Source: Deltaproteobacteria bacterium (GTDB taxonomy: Bacteria; Myxococcota_A; UBA9160; UBA4427). Taken from it: a DNA stretch of 64,000 bases. Below, piece by piece: positions 37,790-47,369 of the stretch; the first letter of the stretch is position 1, and each line of letters begins with the position of its first letter. Both the position numbers and the translations under genes were made by a program. The notes beneath the pieces are model-generated. The model was given only the letters and a program-made list of their open reading frames with translations. It did not search any database and was not told the origin of the DNA. The stretch is from the NCBI GenBank assembly GCA_002691205.1, contig NZHD01000051.1, positions 66,901 to 130,900 on the forward strand, in the 5' to 3' direction.

Positions 37790-38790
37790 TTGTTCCCCTT
37801 CAAACAAGGTTGCTCAAAATCGGGATCGACAGGCTGAATGACAACAGAGGCTGTGCCCTCCACACGCGCTCGATCCTGACTCAAATCCAGCTCGATCCGT
37901 TGACCTCTCACGGTGTCACAGCCCTGAATTAAGAGAGCCTTTCCCGAACAAACGATCAGGTCCTGACTTCGGCTGTACTCGGCCACTTCGCAACGCGCAT
38001 TTCGTGCGCCTTGGTTAATTCGAACCTGCCCTTTGGCCACCAAACGCTCAGGCTCAGCCTGGCCCGCTTCATAAAAAGCTTCAAGTTGATTCGCCAAAAC
38101 AATCATCTCACCCAATTTTACGCGCACATTCTTTCGAAAGATGATCCGGCGGGAGCTGTCTTCTAATCCGAAAACCTCAAGAGAATCGGCATCAATTCTC
38201 AACGGAAGTTGATCCCCCGGTTGGTCGAACTCGAGAATACCTCCTAGACCCGTCTTGTCTTTCTCAGCCACCGAGGAGACACTGCTCTGCGTCGAGCTTG
38301 CATTCTGCGAACGAACCCTCGCTGGCAAATCCAATGTGACCACAACCCAATCGGCCCAGGTCATCCTTGAGTCTTTCCCCATTAAGGCTGCTTCTTCCGT
38401 CCGACGGCCTAGCAAAACACCACTTTGACCCGACATCACTTCAAGGGTGTATTCCGCAGCGAAACCATTGACAGATTTTTTATATTCGCCCACCACGACC
38501 CTGTCCACCTCTTGATTGAACGCGAGTCGTCTCACTTCCCTAGGCGAAAGAGGCAATTCTAGGTTCCCTAAGACGGATGAAGGCAAAGCAATCCCAGTCA
38601 CCCCACTGAGCTCAAGCTTGGCTTGAATCGCACCTTCTAAATCGAATGCAGAATCCAACCCTGCTCCGATATCGACTAAAGCGACGCGCAAATTTCGGAC
38701 CGCCCAAGCCGGGCTCAAAGGAAAAACAGTCAATCCAACGAATAGCCAAAACCCTATCCAGACTGAAGCGCGGCCTACTCTGGTTCTCAT
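37786..38790 (-). CDS. lptA: LptA/OstA-domain protein with extra N-terminal domain
   Basis: Signal peptide. Residues about 195-320 match the LptA/OstA_N pattern (LPLRIDADSLEV…FRKNVRVKLGEMIVLANQLEAFY…AKGQVRINQG…EVAEYS…LIQG…VRGQRIELDL). Residues about 31-160 have no recognisable family. Position between lptC and lptB. Confidence 0.8.
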   Translation of the reverse strand: MRTRVGRASVWIGFWLFVGLTVFPLSPAWAVRNLRVALVDIGAGLDSAFDLEGAIQAKLELSGVTGIALPSSVLGNLELPLSPREVRRLAFNQEVDRVVVGEYKKSVNGFAAEYTLEVMSGQSGVLLGRRTEEAALMGKDSRMTWADWVVVTLDLPARVRSQNASSTQSSVSSVAEKDKTGLGGILEFDQPGDQLPLRIDADSLEVFGLEDSSRRIIFRKNVRVKLGEMIVLANQLEAFYEAGQAEPERLVAKGQVRINQGARNARCEVAEYSRSQDLIVCSGKALLIQGCDTVRGQRIELDLSQDRARVEGTASVVIQPVDPDFEQPCLKGNK

Positions 38791-39353
38791 GGGGACCTAA
38801 GGACCTGCACGCCTGAAAAAAGTTCGAGAGCCCCCTCGGAGATCAGATAACGAAACCCGCCGCCGCGATAAACCGAAGTCTGGTCTTCAACGAGCACTGA
38901 AGTCTCCGAGTAGAGAACGCCTTCGATCTCGTCATACGCCACCCAGTCCGCCTGAACCGTTCTGCCGTCACCGATGCGGCCCCTCACATCTCCCTGGAGC
39001 CGAAACGAATGAGTTTTTACTTCGAGAAAGCCCTCTCGACATCGCAAATCAACATGTGGCCGGCCATGCTGAGGCCTAATTCGCAAGCCCACCTGCTCCA
39101 ACCTCAACCGCTCAGAGGACATGTCAATCGTGGCATGATCCGCCCACAGCGTGAAGTCAGCTGCGTTCCCGCCCGTCGAGGTAAAAACCAGTCCGCCGAG
39201 GACCAGCGTAGATTTCGGCGGTTCGTCAGTGCTTGCCCTTGCAAAAAACGGGGCCGCCACTGCCGCCAGGGTCACCATGCCCAGAATCAGCCTGATTGAG
39301 TAAGAAGACCGACTTGAAACCACGCAAAAAGCCGATTCAGTCTCTGCGCCCAA
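38787..39353 (-). CDS. lptC: LptC-like LPS export protein
   Basis: N-terminal membrane anchor plus a beta-jellyroll-like sequence (…DFTLWADHATIDMSSERLRLEQV…VKTHSFRLQGDVRG…). 4-nt overlap with lptA. Alternative start at 39278. Confidence 0.7.
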   Translation of the reverse strand: MGAETESAFCVVSSRSSYSIRLILGMVTLAAVAAPFFARASTDEPPKSTLVLGGLVFTSTGGNAADFTLWADHATIDMSSERLRLEQVGLRIRPQHGRPHVDLRCREGFLEVKTHSFRLQGDVRGRIGDGRTVQADWVAYDEIEGVLYSETSVLVEDQTSVYRGGGFRYLISEGALELFSGVQVLRSP

Positions 39354-39621
39354 AGAGGGTCTTGAAGGGCTCGCGAGAACCGATCCAATACGCGGGTCGG
39401 AGTATCAGATAGTCAAAGACTACCCCCACCGGATTCACGACATAAGCCGCGACCCGCAAGGGCTGTCCCGCATCACTTGGGCTGTACTCCTCCGTCGCTT
39501 GCACTGGACCGGCGGCGACTCCAACAGCGAATGTGAGCACCAAGAGCAGAATTCCAAATCCGTGTTTTCCAGTTCGGGACCGAACGTGATTCCGGCCATG
39601 AGATTCACTCACGATAGACAT
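39337..39621 (-). CDS. hypothetical small membrane-anchored/exported protein
   Basis: Internal ATG with SD GAGAGGG 8 nt upstream. MSIVSESHGRNHVRSRTGKHGFGILLLVLTFAVGVAAGPVQA has a basic N-terminus plus a hydrophobic segment. No known domain. Confidence 0.5.
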   Translation of the reverse strand: MSIVSESHGRNHVRSRTGKHGFGILLLVLTFAVGVAAGPVQATEEYSPSDAGQPLRVAAYVVNPVGVVFDYLILRPAYWIGSREPFKTLFGRRD

Positions 39622-39720
39622 ATTTAACCCTCTCTTACGTAGAAACGATCCATCTCGATTTTCTACTCCCTCAGGATAGCGATTCACCGTTGAGGCCGCC
39701 TGCTTACTGAGAAACCGCTC

Positions 39721-41166
39721 CTAACGGCGCCAAAATGCTGGGCTAAGTAGGATCAACAGGGTGAAGAGCTCCAATCGGCCCGCGATCATGCAAAAAGCAA
39801 AGCACAGCTTCACCACCCCTGGAAAGTGAGCAAAATGATCGAAGGCCCCGATCTCGCCCAAACCGGGCCCCACATTCCCAACTGAAGTCAAACCTCCCGA
39901 CAACGCCGTATCCAGATCATAGCCAGCGGCCGCCACAATCAGGGCCATCACACCGACGAGCGCAAAGTAGACCGCTAAAAAAGCCCAAAGACTCGCCATC
40001 ACATCTTCAGAAACCGGTTTTCCCGAATGATGCACAGGAGGACGAACCGCCCTCCTATGTCCAGCGGTGGCGAAATAATTCCTGACTGAATCCAAGCCAA
40101 GAACGACTCGCAGACTCTTCACGCCCCCCGTTGTGGAGCCCGCCATTCCCCCCAACAGCATAAGACCCAGAAAAACAACGTGCGTAAAGGGGGACCACAG
40201 CTCAAAATCAGCCGTCGCATAACCCGTTCCGGTCATCAGCGAGACCACCGTAAAAACGACCTCTCTGAAAAGAGGGGCCTCGGCGCTCTCTGACGCCCCG
40301 TACCAAGTCACTAAACAGATGGCTCCGATGGCAATCCCCAAGACCGACAAGAAATATCGCAGCTCCCGGTCGTAAAGGAGGGACCGCCCTCCCCCTGTGA
40401 CCACTCGGTAGTGCAGAACAAAATTCATGCCCGCCAAAACCATAAAACCTGTGACAATCCACTCAACCGCCGCGGATCCGAACCCCCCTACCGAGTCTCC
40501 CAAAGTCGAGAAACCGCCCGTACTGATGGTCGTCAGAGCGTGACAAAGAGCATCAAAAAAGGACAAACCCGCAAGCAGCAACGCAATGATTTCAAGTCCC
40601 GTCAAACCTAAGTAAATAAACCAAAGGTGTTGAGCCGTCTGCGCGATTCGAGGACGAATCTTTTCAGCGACTGGCCCGGGGACCTCCGCTCTAAAAAGCT
40701 GCATACCCCCAATTCCTAAAACCGGCATCAAGGCGATGGTAAACACGACGATCCCCATCCCCCCCAGCCATTGAGTGAGTGCTCGCCAGAGTAAAACCGA
40801 CCGAGGCCTGAGATCGATTTCAGTCAGGACCGTTGAGCCTGTGGTGGTGAATCCCGCGACGGATTCAAAAAGCGCGTCCACAGGCGTCAGAGTCGCCGTC
40901 GTGAGATAAGGAAGGGCCCCAAACAGAGATGCGATCAACCATGCGCCTGAAACAATAAAAAAACCGTCCCGAGGTCGAATCCGAAGATCCACAACTCGAA
41001 CGCCTAACGCGATGGGAAGGCCTATCAAAAGACCGATGACGCCCGACACCAAAAAAGGGCCTGTGGGCTCGCCGTATACCCAAGCGGCCAGCATGGGCAC
41101 AGATTGAAGCAGCCCCAAACCAACCAGTAACCAACCCGCCAAACGAGCTGCAAGCAGGATATTCAT
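39721..41166 (-). CDS. trkH: TrkH-family potassium uptake protein
   Basis: 481 aa, polytopic, with repeated M1-P-M2 units and selectivity-filter-like motifs (…FTTTGST…, …ISTGGFS…, …LMTGTGYA…, …LTSVGNVGPG…). Confidence 0.92.
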   Translation of the reverse strand: MNILLAARLAGWLLVGLGLLQSVPMLAAWVYGEPTGPFLVSGVIGLLIGLPIALGVRVVDLRIRPRDGFFIVSGAWLIASLFGALPYLTTATLTPVDALFESVAGFTTTGSTVLTEIDLRPRSVLLWRALTQWLGGMGIVVFTIALMPVLGIGGMQLFRAEVPGPVAEKIRPRIAQTAQHLWFIYLGLTGLEIIALLLAGLSFFDALCHALTTISTGGFSTLGDSVGGFGSAAVEWIVTGFMVLAGMNFVLHYRVVTGGGRSLLYDRELRYFLSVLGIAIGAICLVTWYGASESAEAPLFREVVFTVVSLMTGTGYATADFELWSPFTHVVFLGLMLLGGMAGSTTGGVKSLRVVLGLDSVRNYFATAGHRRAVRPPVHHSGKPVSEDVMASLWAFLAVYFALVGVMALIVAAAGYDLDTALSGGLTSVGNVGPGLGEIGAFDHFAHFPGVVKLCFAFCMIAGRLELFTLLILLSPAFWRR

Positions 41167-41480
41167 TGCTTCCCCCGATCAAACGGCCACTAAAAGCCGA
41201 AGACGGGGCCATCGTACAGCAAACAGAAATAACCCGCGGGGGTATTCAACACTGAATCTCCGCCCGACTCCACCGCAAGAAACCCATCCTGAAACCACAG
41301 GATGACAAAATCTTAAACTTTGGGAAAAATTGCTAAGTTTAGTCTCATAGGACAGGATATTTTTAATAACTTAGCCTCTAAAACGATGTTTCTTCCTTGT
41401 TCTTTCTCTTTATGTGATACGTTTGACGACTAAACCTTAGTTTTTAGATTATCTTTGACCTTTAAGGGTCGATCATTGAT

Positions 41481-41528
41481 ATGAAGATGAGTCTTTTAGA
41501 AATTCACGAGATACGAGGCCAATTATGA
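41481..41528 (+). other. candidate 15-codon upstream ORF overlapping ilvB start
   Basis: ATG AAG ATG AGT CTT TTA GAA ATT CAC GAG ATA CGA GGC CAA TTA TGA encodes MKMSLLEIHEIRGQL. Its TGA overlaps the ilvB ATG (ATGA). It lies at the end of an AT-rich leader. Confidence 0.25.
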
Positions 41529-43243
41529 CCGAAGAACGCGTCCCCACTGGGGGAGAGAAGCTTGTCCAATGCTTGGAGCGCGAGGGTGTCGAGTACATCT
41601 TTGGCCTGTCCGGCGGAGCCGCCATGCCCATCTTTGACGCCTTGGTCGACTCCCCCATCAAGCTCATTCTGACCCGGCACGAACAAGGGGCCGTTCACAT
41701 GGCCGACGGGTATGCCCGCTCAACCGGACGACCGGGCGTGGCTCTCGTGACCTCAGGCCCCGGAGCGACCAACGCGGTGACGGGACTCTTAACCGCCAAT
41801 ATGGATTCAGTTCCGATCATTGTCATCACGGGTCAATGCGTGACATCCATGCTCGGCAAAGACGGCTTCCAGGAGGCCGACGTCACCGGGATCACCTATG
41901 CGGTGGTGAAGCACAGCTACATGGCTCGGAGCGCCGAGGATATCCCTCGAATTACCCGCGAAGCTTTTCACATCTCCACCACGGGCCGTCCCGGACCTGT
42001 GCTGCTTGATATCCCCAAAGACCTCAGCCAAGGCCCCTGTCATGCGCCTTTCGAGGATGAAGTCAATTTGCCAGGATACACCGTGCCCGGCCACGGAGAC
42101 CCAGAGGACATCGAAGCTGCCGCAGCCCTGCTTTCGGAGTCAAAGCGCCCCATCCTGCTCACGGGACATGGTGTTGTGATCTCGGGTGCCGGGAAAGCTG
42201 TGATCAACTTGGCCGAGAGAATGTCTGCTCCCATCGTGACCACCCTTCTCGGCAAAGGGGGTGTCGATGAAACTCACCCGCTGCATCTGGGTATGCTCGG
42301 AATGCATGGAACCGCCTACGCCAATATGGCCATCGATCATGCAGACCTCATTATGTCCATCGGCTCTCGCTGGGATGACCGCATCACCGGGAAGCTGGAC
42401 GAGTTCTGCTTGGGCGCAAAGAAAATCCACGTCGATATCGACAAAGCCGAGTTCAACAAGATGGTGGTTCCCGATGTCTGCATCGCAGGCGATGCCCGGT
42501 TGGTGACCGAGGATTTGTTCCCGTTAATCGAGACCAATGAAAGAGCGGAATGGATCGAAACGGTCTCAAAATGGCGACAGAAATATCCATTAAAGTACTC
42601 CAAGCAAGGCGGACTCAAAGCCCAATGGGTGCTTGATCGCCTCAATGCAATCACTGAAGGTCAGGCGATCATCACAACTGACGTGGGTCAACACCAAATG
42701 TGGGCAGCCCAATTCTGTCGTGTTCGCGGAAATCGAAATTGGTTAAGCAGCGGTGGCGCAGGCACCATGGGATACGGTTTCCCTGCGGCCATCGGAGCGG
42801 CTTTCGCCCGACCGGGCGAAAGCGTTTGGGCCGTTGTCGGCGACGGAGGCTTCCAGATGACACTCTCGGAGCTAGCCACTGCAGCCATTCATAAACTCCC
42901 CGTCAAATGTTTAATCATAAACAACAACTACCTCGGGATGGTCCGGCAGTGGCAAGAACTTTTCTTCGACAATCGACTGTCGGGTGTAGACCTTGAGGGA
43001 AACCCGGACTTTGTGAAGCTTGCTCAAGCCTATGGAATACTCGGCCTCAGGATTAAAAGAGCGGCCGATGTGGATCGGATCCTAGAACGAGCTCATGCCT
43101 ACAATGAGGGACCGTGTGTAGTCGTGGCCGAAGTCTCCAAGGGGGACAACGTTTTCCCCATGATTCCCTCAGGCTCTCCCATCTCTTCCATGATCATCGA
43201 AAAACCGAAAGAGAAACTCGAAAAGCCTACAGGCAGCACTTGA
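41525..43243 (+). CDS. ilvB: acetolactate synthase large subunit, biosynthetic type
   Basis: TPP-enzyme N-terminal domain (…GAEKLVQCLEREGVEYIFGLSGGA…), ThDP-binding motif VGDGGFQM…INNNYLGMV. Confidence 0.96.
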   Translation: MTEERVPTGGEKLVQCLEREGVEYIFGLSGGAAMPIFDALVDSPIKLILTRHEQGAVHMADGYARSTGRPGVALVTSGPGATNAVTGLLTANMDSVPIIVITGQCVTSMLGKDGFQEADVTGITYAVVKHSYMARSAEDIPRITREAFHISTTGRPGPVLLDIPKDLSQGPCHAPFEDEVNLPGYTVPGHGDPEDIEAAAALLSESKRPILLTGHGVVISGAGKAVINLAERMSAPIVTTLLGKGGVDETHPLHLGMLGMHGTAYANMAIDHADLIMSIGSRWDDRITGKLDEFCLGAKKIHVDIDKAEFNKMVVPDVCIAGDARLVTEDLFPLIETNERAEWIETVSKWRQKYPLKYSKQGGLKAQWVLDRLNAITEGQAIITTDVGQHQMWAAQFCRVRGNRNWLSSGGAGTMGYGFPAAIGAAFARPGESVWAVVGDGGFQMTLSELATAAIHKLPVKCLIINNNYLGMVRQWQELFFDNRLSGVDLEGNPDFVKLAQAYGILGLRIKRAADVDRILERAHAYNEGPCVVVAEVSKGDNVFPMIPSGSPISSMIIEKPKEKLEKPTGST

Positions 43244-43275
43244 ACCGCCCTATCGAAGGCGAAGGAACATCACGC

Positions 43276-43812
43276 ATGAGCAGTCAAGCCCGTCATTCGG
43301 CCAATGCCGCCTCTCTTCCCATTCAGGGAATCCACACCATCTCGCTCTTCGTCCGTGACGAGCCCGGTGTTCTTGTCCGAGTCGCACTCGTGTTCTCTCG
43401 ACGGGGCTACAATATTGAAAGCATGGTGGTCAGCCCAGCCGCACAAAGCGGCTTTTCCCGCATGACGATGACCTGCTCGGGCGACTCCTCAATTCTGGAG
43501 CAAATGATCAAGCAGCTCGAAAAACTCGTAGATGTCGTACACGCCATAGATCACACCCACGACGACGCCTACGAAACGGAGATCGCTCTGATCAAAATCA
43601 AATGCGACGGAAGTCAGCGTCCGGAAGTCCTTCAAATCGCTGAACACTTTGGCGCTAAAGTCGTCGACTACGGATCACAAAGCGTCATGATTAGAGTGTA
43701 CGGCAGCAGCGAAAAGCTGGATGCAATGCAAGCCCTGCTCAGCCAATTCGAGGTCGCCGAAGTGGTCCGCTCGGGAAAAATTCTCATGGCCCGAGGCGTG
43801 GAGACGACCTAG
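43276..43812 (+). CDS. ilvN: acetolactate synthase small (regulatory) subunit
   Basis: Internal ATG. ACT domain HTISLFVRDEPGVLVRVALVFSRRGYNIESM. The upstream part of ORF 43114..43812 overlaps the ilvB 3' end. Confidence 0.92.
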   Translation: MSSQARHSANAASLPIQGIHTISLFVRDEPGVLVRVALVFSRRGYNIESMVVSPAAQSGFSRMTMTCSGDSSILEQMIKQLEKLVDVVHAIDHTHDDAYETEIALIKIKCDGSQRPEVLQIAEHFGAKVVDYGSQSVMIRVYGSSEKLDAMQALLSQFEVAEVVRSGKILMARGVETT

Positions 43813-43847
43813 CCCCTTCGTCCCCATCGCATCTTGCCCCCCATGGA

Positions 43848-44420
43848 TTAGGCCCCATCCCTGGGCAAATGAGAACGGGCTCCGAAATCGGGCGGCAGAT
43901 TTAAGATTTCATTTGGAAACGATGCGACCAAGAATTCCACGATATCCCGAACGGAGATAACGCCCACTGGCCACCCCGTCGAATTCACTAAGGGCACATG
44001 GCGAAATCCGCCCACGGACATCATATTCAGAACCCAAGCCAGCCGAGCATCCGACCCAAGCGCCTCAGGGTCTCTCGTCATCATTTCCGAAAGCGGCGTC
44101 TCCGCCGGATTCCGACCTCGGTTGATGACCCGCAGAAGAATATCTCTCTCCGTGAAGATGCCGACGAGCGGTGACTGCCCGCTGCCATCGGGGGTCACTA
44201 AGACCACTCCGCTATGCTTAGCCTGCATGGCTCGCATGGCATCGCTGGTCGCTGCATTTTCCGAAAATATTAACGGCGGACGCGTTCCCAAGACTGAAGT
44301 CGGTTCTTGAAGCAAGCGCTCATCAAAAACGCGCTTTCTTCGCCGAGACTCCTCTTCGAAATACCCCTCATCCCCTTTTCCCAAAAACACAAAATCCGTC
44401 CCTCCCGAAAAGTCAGACAT
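43848..44420 (-). CDS. CBS-domain pair protein
   Basis: The ATG at 44420 has AAGGAG 8 nt upstream. Two CBS motifs (…GVVLVTPDGSGQSPLVGIFTERDILLRV…, …GFRHVPLVNSTGWPVGVISVRDIVEFL…). Confidence 0.82.
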   Translation of the reverse strand: MSDFSGGTDFVFLGKGDEGYFEEESRRRKRVFDERLLQEPTSVLGTRPPLIFSENAATSDAMRAMQAKHSGVVLVTPDGSGQSPLVGIFTERDILLRVINRGRNPAETPLSEMMTRDPEALGSDARLAWVLNMMSVGGFRHVPLVNSTGWPVGVISVRDIVEFLVASFPNEILNLPPDFGARSHLPRDGA

Positions 44421-44766
44421 CCCGCTCACTCCTTCTAGCCCATGAACCCAGCTTCTCACTTGGGTTTGACGATCATCCCAGACTCTCTCCGGGTTCAACC
44501 ACTCGCTCGCTCCAAATCGCTCCCGAAGTCGCGAGCCACTGCAGTCCAAGCCGGACCTATTTTCCAAAGCAATCACGAGGTGATCATCCTATTGTTCTCT
44601 TGAATGGAGACCTTGCCAAGAGTGGCGTCAAAAACCTTCAATATCCCTACGGGCAACCCACTGAGAGCCTCATCACAATCCCAGAGGGAACAAACCGCTC
44701 GAATAAAATCAAGGATGTCTTAAAAAAAGCAGGGGCCGCTTTTTTCAAAGCTTCGCACGATAAGGA

Positions 44767-46254
44767 ATGTCGATGAAACCAATCGACCTCATAGTCCTCG
44801 CAGTCTATGCCCTCTCGCTCATCTGGATAGGCGCTCACTTTGCCCGCAAACAAAGCAGCAGTCAGGACTTCGCCTTGGGCAGCCGAGACCTGCCCTCCTG
44901 GGCCGTTCTTTTATCCATGAGCGCGACAGAGTTATCTGCAGCCACTTTCATCGGCGTACCCCAAGCCGCATACATGGGGGACTGGTCCTACCTTCAGCTG
45001 GCACTGGGCTCATTTCTTGGAAAGCTTTTGCTGGCTTGGCGCGTCATTCCGCTGTATTACAAAAGCGGAATCGTCACCGTCTATGGCTTCCTCGCAGACC
45101 GCTTCGGCTCCACTCCGCAGAAAGCGGCCGCTCTTTGTTTTCTATTCGGTCGCCTATTTGCCTCAGGGGCGCGGCTCTTTATCGCTTCACTGGCCCTTTC
45201 GGCTGTCAGCGACGTACCCATCGCCTGGGCCATCGTCTCCTGCGGGCTCGTCGCTGGCCTTTACACTCTCGCGGGCGGAATCAAGGCCGTCGTTTGGACA
45301 GACACCTTGCAAGCCGGACTCCTTCTTTTCGCAGCACTCGCTGTTTTGATGAGTCTGATTCAAGCTGCTCCCGGTGGATTCTCAGGCCTCTTTGCTTGGG
45401 CTCAAGAAGGTGGTCGAACAAAAATCGCTTTTTTTGACCCATTTATTTCGCTCAGTGATGGCCGCGTTTTAGGGACGGCTCTTATCGGCGCTTTCTTTTT
45501 AACGCTCGCTACGCATGCGACAGACCACGACATGGTCCAGCGACTGCTCACCACACGCAATGCGCGGGGGAGCTCTGGAGCCCTCATTGGTTCCGCGCTC
45601 ATAAACTTTCCTCTCACTCTCCTCTTTCTCGCGATCGGAACGGGCCTAGCCTACTTTTACCAAGCTCCCCCGCAATACGACATCTCAGACCCGACACGTA
45701 TCCTCCCTCTTTACGCCTTGCATGAATTGCCAGATGGCCTCCGCGGACTCATTTTCGCCGGCTTGTTTGCCGCAGCGATGTCCAGTCTAGATTCAGCAAT
45801 CTGCGCTATGGCGACTTGCTGGTGTGAGGACATCCGTCCCATCGAAAAAAATGCAGGAACGGGTTTAAGAAGAATGCGGAGGGCCTCCATCGTTTTCTCC
45901 ATGGGTCTCATCGGTGCCGCATTGGCCATGTCGAGCTACCACGCGATTCTGACTGAAACACCCTCGATAAAAGCACCCAATCTGGTTGAATTCGCGCTAT
46001 CGGCGATGTCAATTTTCTACGGCGGATTACTCGGAATTTTTGCCTTAGGTCTCACTTCGCAAACTCGAGGAAGCCCGGCGACTGTATGCCTTGGGTTAGC
46101 GACAGGGGCCCTCACCGGCTTATCGCTCTTCCTTCATCCCATCGTCTTTGGGACTGTTTGGATCGCGTGGACTTGGTGGATTCCCATATCGGGCGGCCTC
46201 TCCTTCCTCGTCGCCTCTTTGGCACATCGAGAGTCATCCCCTACAACCGCCTGA
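44767..46254 (+). CDS. sodium:solute symporter (SSF) family transporter
   Basis: 495 aa, about 13 TM. N-terminal …DLIVLAVYALSLIWIGAHFARKQSSSQDFALGSRDLP… and …GGIKAVVWTDTLQ… are typical SSF motifs. Confidence 0.88.
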   Translation: MSMKPIDLIVLAVYALSLIWIGAHFARKQSSSQDFALGSRDLPSWAVLLSMSATELSAATFIGVPQAAYMGDWSYLQLALGSFLGKLLLAWRVIPLYYKSGIVTVYGFLADRFGSTPQKAAALCFLFGRLFASGARLFIASLALSAVSDVPIAWAIVSCGLVAGLYTLAGGIKAVVWTDTLQAGLLLFAALAVLMSLIQAAPGGFSGLFAWAQEGGRTKIAFFDPFISLSDGRVLGTALIGAFFLTLATHATDHDMVQRLLTTRNARGSSGALIGSALINFPLTLLFLAIGTGLAYFYQAPPQYDISDPTRILPLYALHELPDGLRGLIFAGLFAAAMSSLDSAICAMATCWCEDIRPIEKNAGTGLRRMRRASIVFSMGLIGAALAMSSYHAILTETPSIKAPNLVEFALSAMSIFYGGLLGIFALGLTSQTRGSPATVCLGLATGALTGLSLFLHPIVFGTVWIAWTWWIPISGGLSFLVASLAHRESSPTTA

Positions 46255-46436
46255 TCTCGCCCCGCCCGATTCAGAGCACGAACCCCAGCCCGCTAAGCCG
46301 TGGTATACCTTCCCAGTCCGAGGACCGCTAGATTCACTCTCCATCGTGTCCTTCCCAGATTAAATTCCGTAAGAGCTAAATCTATTTGCCTTTTAAACCA
46401 TTCTCCTGACCGACTTCATGAAAGCAAAGAACACGC

Positions 46437-47369
46437 ATGTTGAATGAGAACATCCCGTCTGAGTTCCGTCGATTCGCTGAATTTCCGGGCGCCAGGATGC
46501 CCCATCGAAGACGCCAAGTAGACAGTCACGGAAGCCAAATCGCTGTCTACGAATGGGGCGACGAGACAGCCTCTCCCATCCTCTTGGCCCATGGAGGCTT
46601 TGATTTTGCAGCGACCTACTGCCAATTCGCTCCGCTTCTTGCTAACGGCGGCTATCGGGTCATCGCTTTTGACCAAAGAGGACACGGCAATTCAGATCAC
46701 ACGGCCCTCTATTCCTGGGCGGCTGACTTGCGTGACACCCTGGCCGTGGCGAACTCGATCGGTCCAGAGCCCATTCCGCTGATTGGACACTCCAAAGGCG
46801 GGTCGCTGTTGACTCAGTTTGCCCAGGCCTATCCTCATCGCGTCAGCCATCTGATCAATCTTGATGGCCTCCCTTCGCGTCGACGACATCCGGACATCTC
46901 AGACCACGAGCGTTCGCGGCTTCGCGAAAAAGAATTAGGCAACTGGCTCGACCATAGACTCGCCTGCGCTGAGCTCAAACGCTCGGCAGGCGGCCTCGAA
47001 GAACTCGCACGTCGACGAGGACGAATGAATCCTCGCCTCAGCCATGAATGGCTCTGCTTCCTTGTCACGCAGGGCGCGCAAAGAGACGACGATGGATGGC
47101 GGTGGAAAATTGATGCGTCGATGAGGTTCGGTGGATTCGGCCCTTGGAACCCCACCTGGGAACTCCAACGACTTCCCGGCCTCTCTATGCCCTTGCTCGG
47201 ATTGCTCGCCACAGTCTCTGAAGAAATGGGCTGGGAAACAAAAGAAAAAGACCTTCTCCCCTACCTTCCCCCGCGAGCTGAAATTGTCTCCATCGAAGGG
47301 GCGGGTCACTTTATTCATATCGAATTTCCCGATGAAATCGCCAAGCGCGTGTTGGACTTCTTAAATTAA
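46437..47369 (+). CDS. alpha/beta-fold hydrolase
   Basis: Oxyanion region LLAHGGFDFAATY, nucleophile elbow LIGHSKGG (GxSxG), C-terminal catalytic His context GAGHFIHIEFPDE. Confidence 0.85.
   Translation: MLNENIPSEFRRFAEFPGARMPHRRRQVDSHGSQIAVYEWGDETASPILLAHGGFDFAATYCQFAPLLANGGYRVIAFDQRGHGNSDHTALYSWAADLRDTLAVANSIGPEPIPLIGHSKGGSLLTQFAQAYPHRVSHLINLDGLPSRRRHPDISDHERSRLREKELGNWLDHRLACAELKRSAGGLEELARRRGRMNPRLSHEWLCFLVTQGAQRDDDGWRWKIDASMRFGGFGPWNPTWELQRLPGLSMPLLGLLATVSEEMGWETKEKDLLPYLPPRAEIVSIEGAGHFIHIEFPDEIAKRVLDFLN

Noticed and set aside
41285-41304. Perfect 7-bp hairpin CATCCTG-N6-CAGGATG in the trkH/ilvB intergenic region. Checked whether it was part of a ydaO/c-di-AMP riboswitch in front of trkH.
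   Set aside because: No other conserved riboswitch elements were seen. Stems of this length are expected by chance many times in 64 kb.
44722-44745. A7GC-N7-GCT6 palindrome resembling a bidirectional terminator between the CBS gene and the SSF transporter gene.
   Set aside because: It lies in a divergent promoter region where no transcript ends. The stem is almost entirely A-T. Likely just AT-rich promoter DNA.
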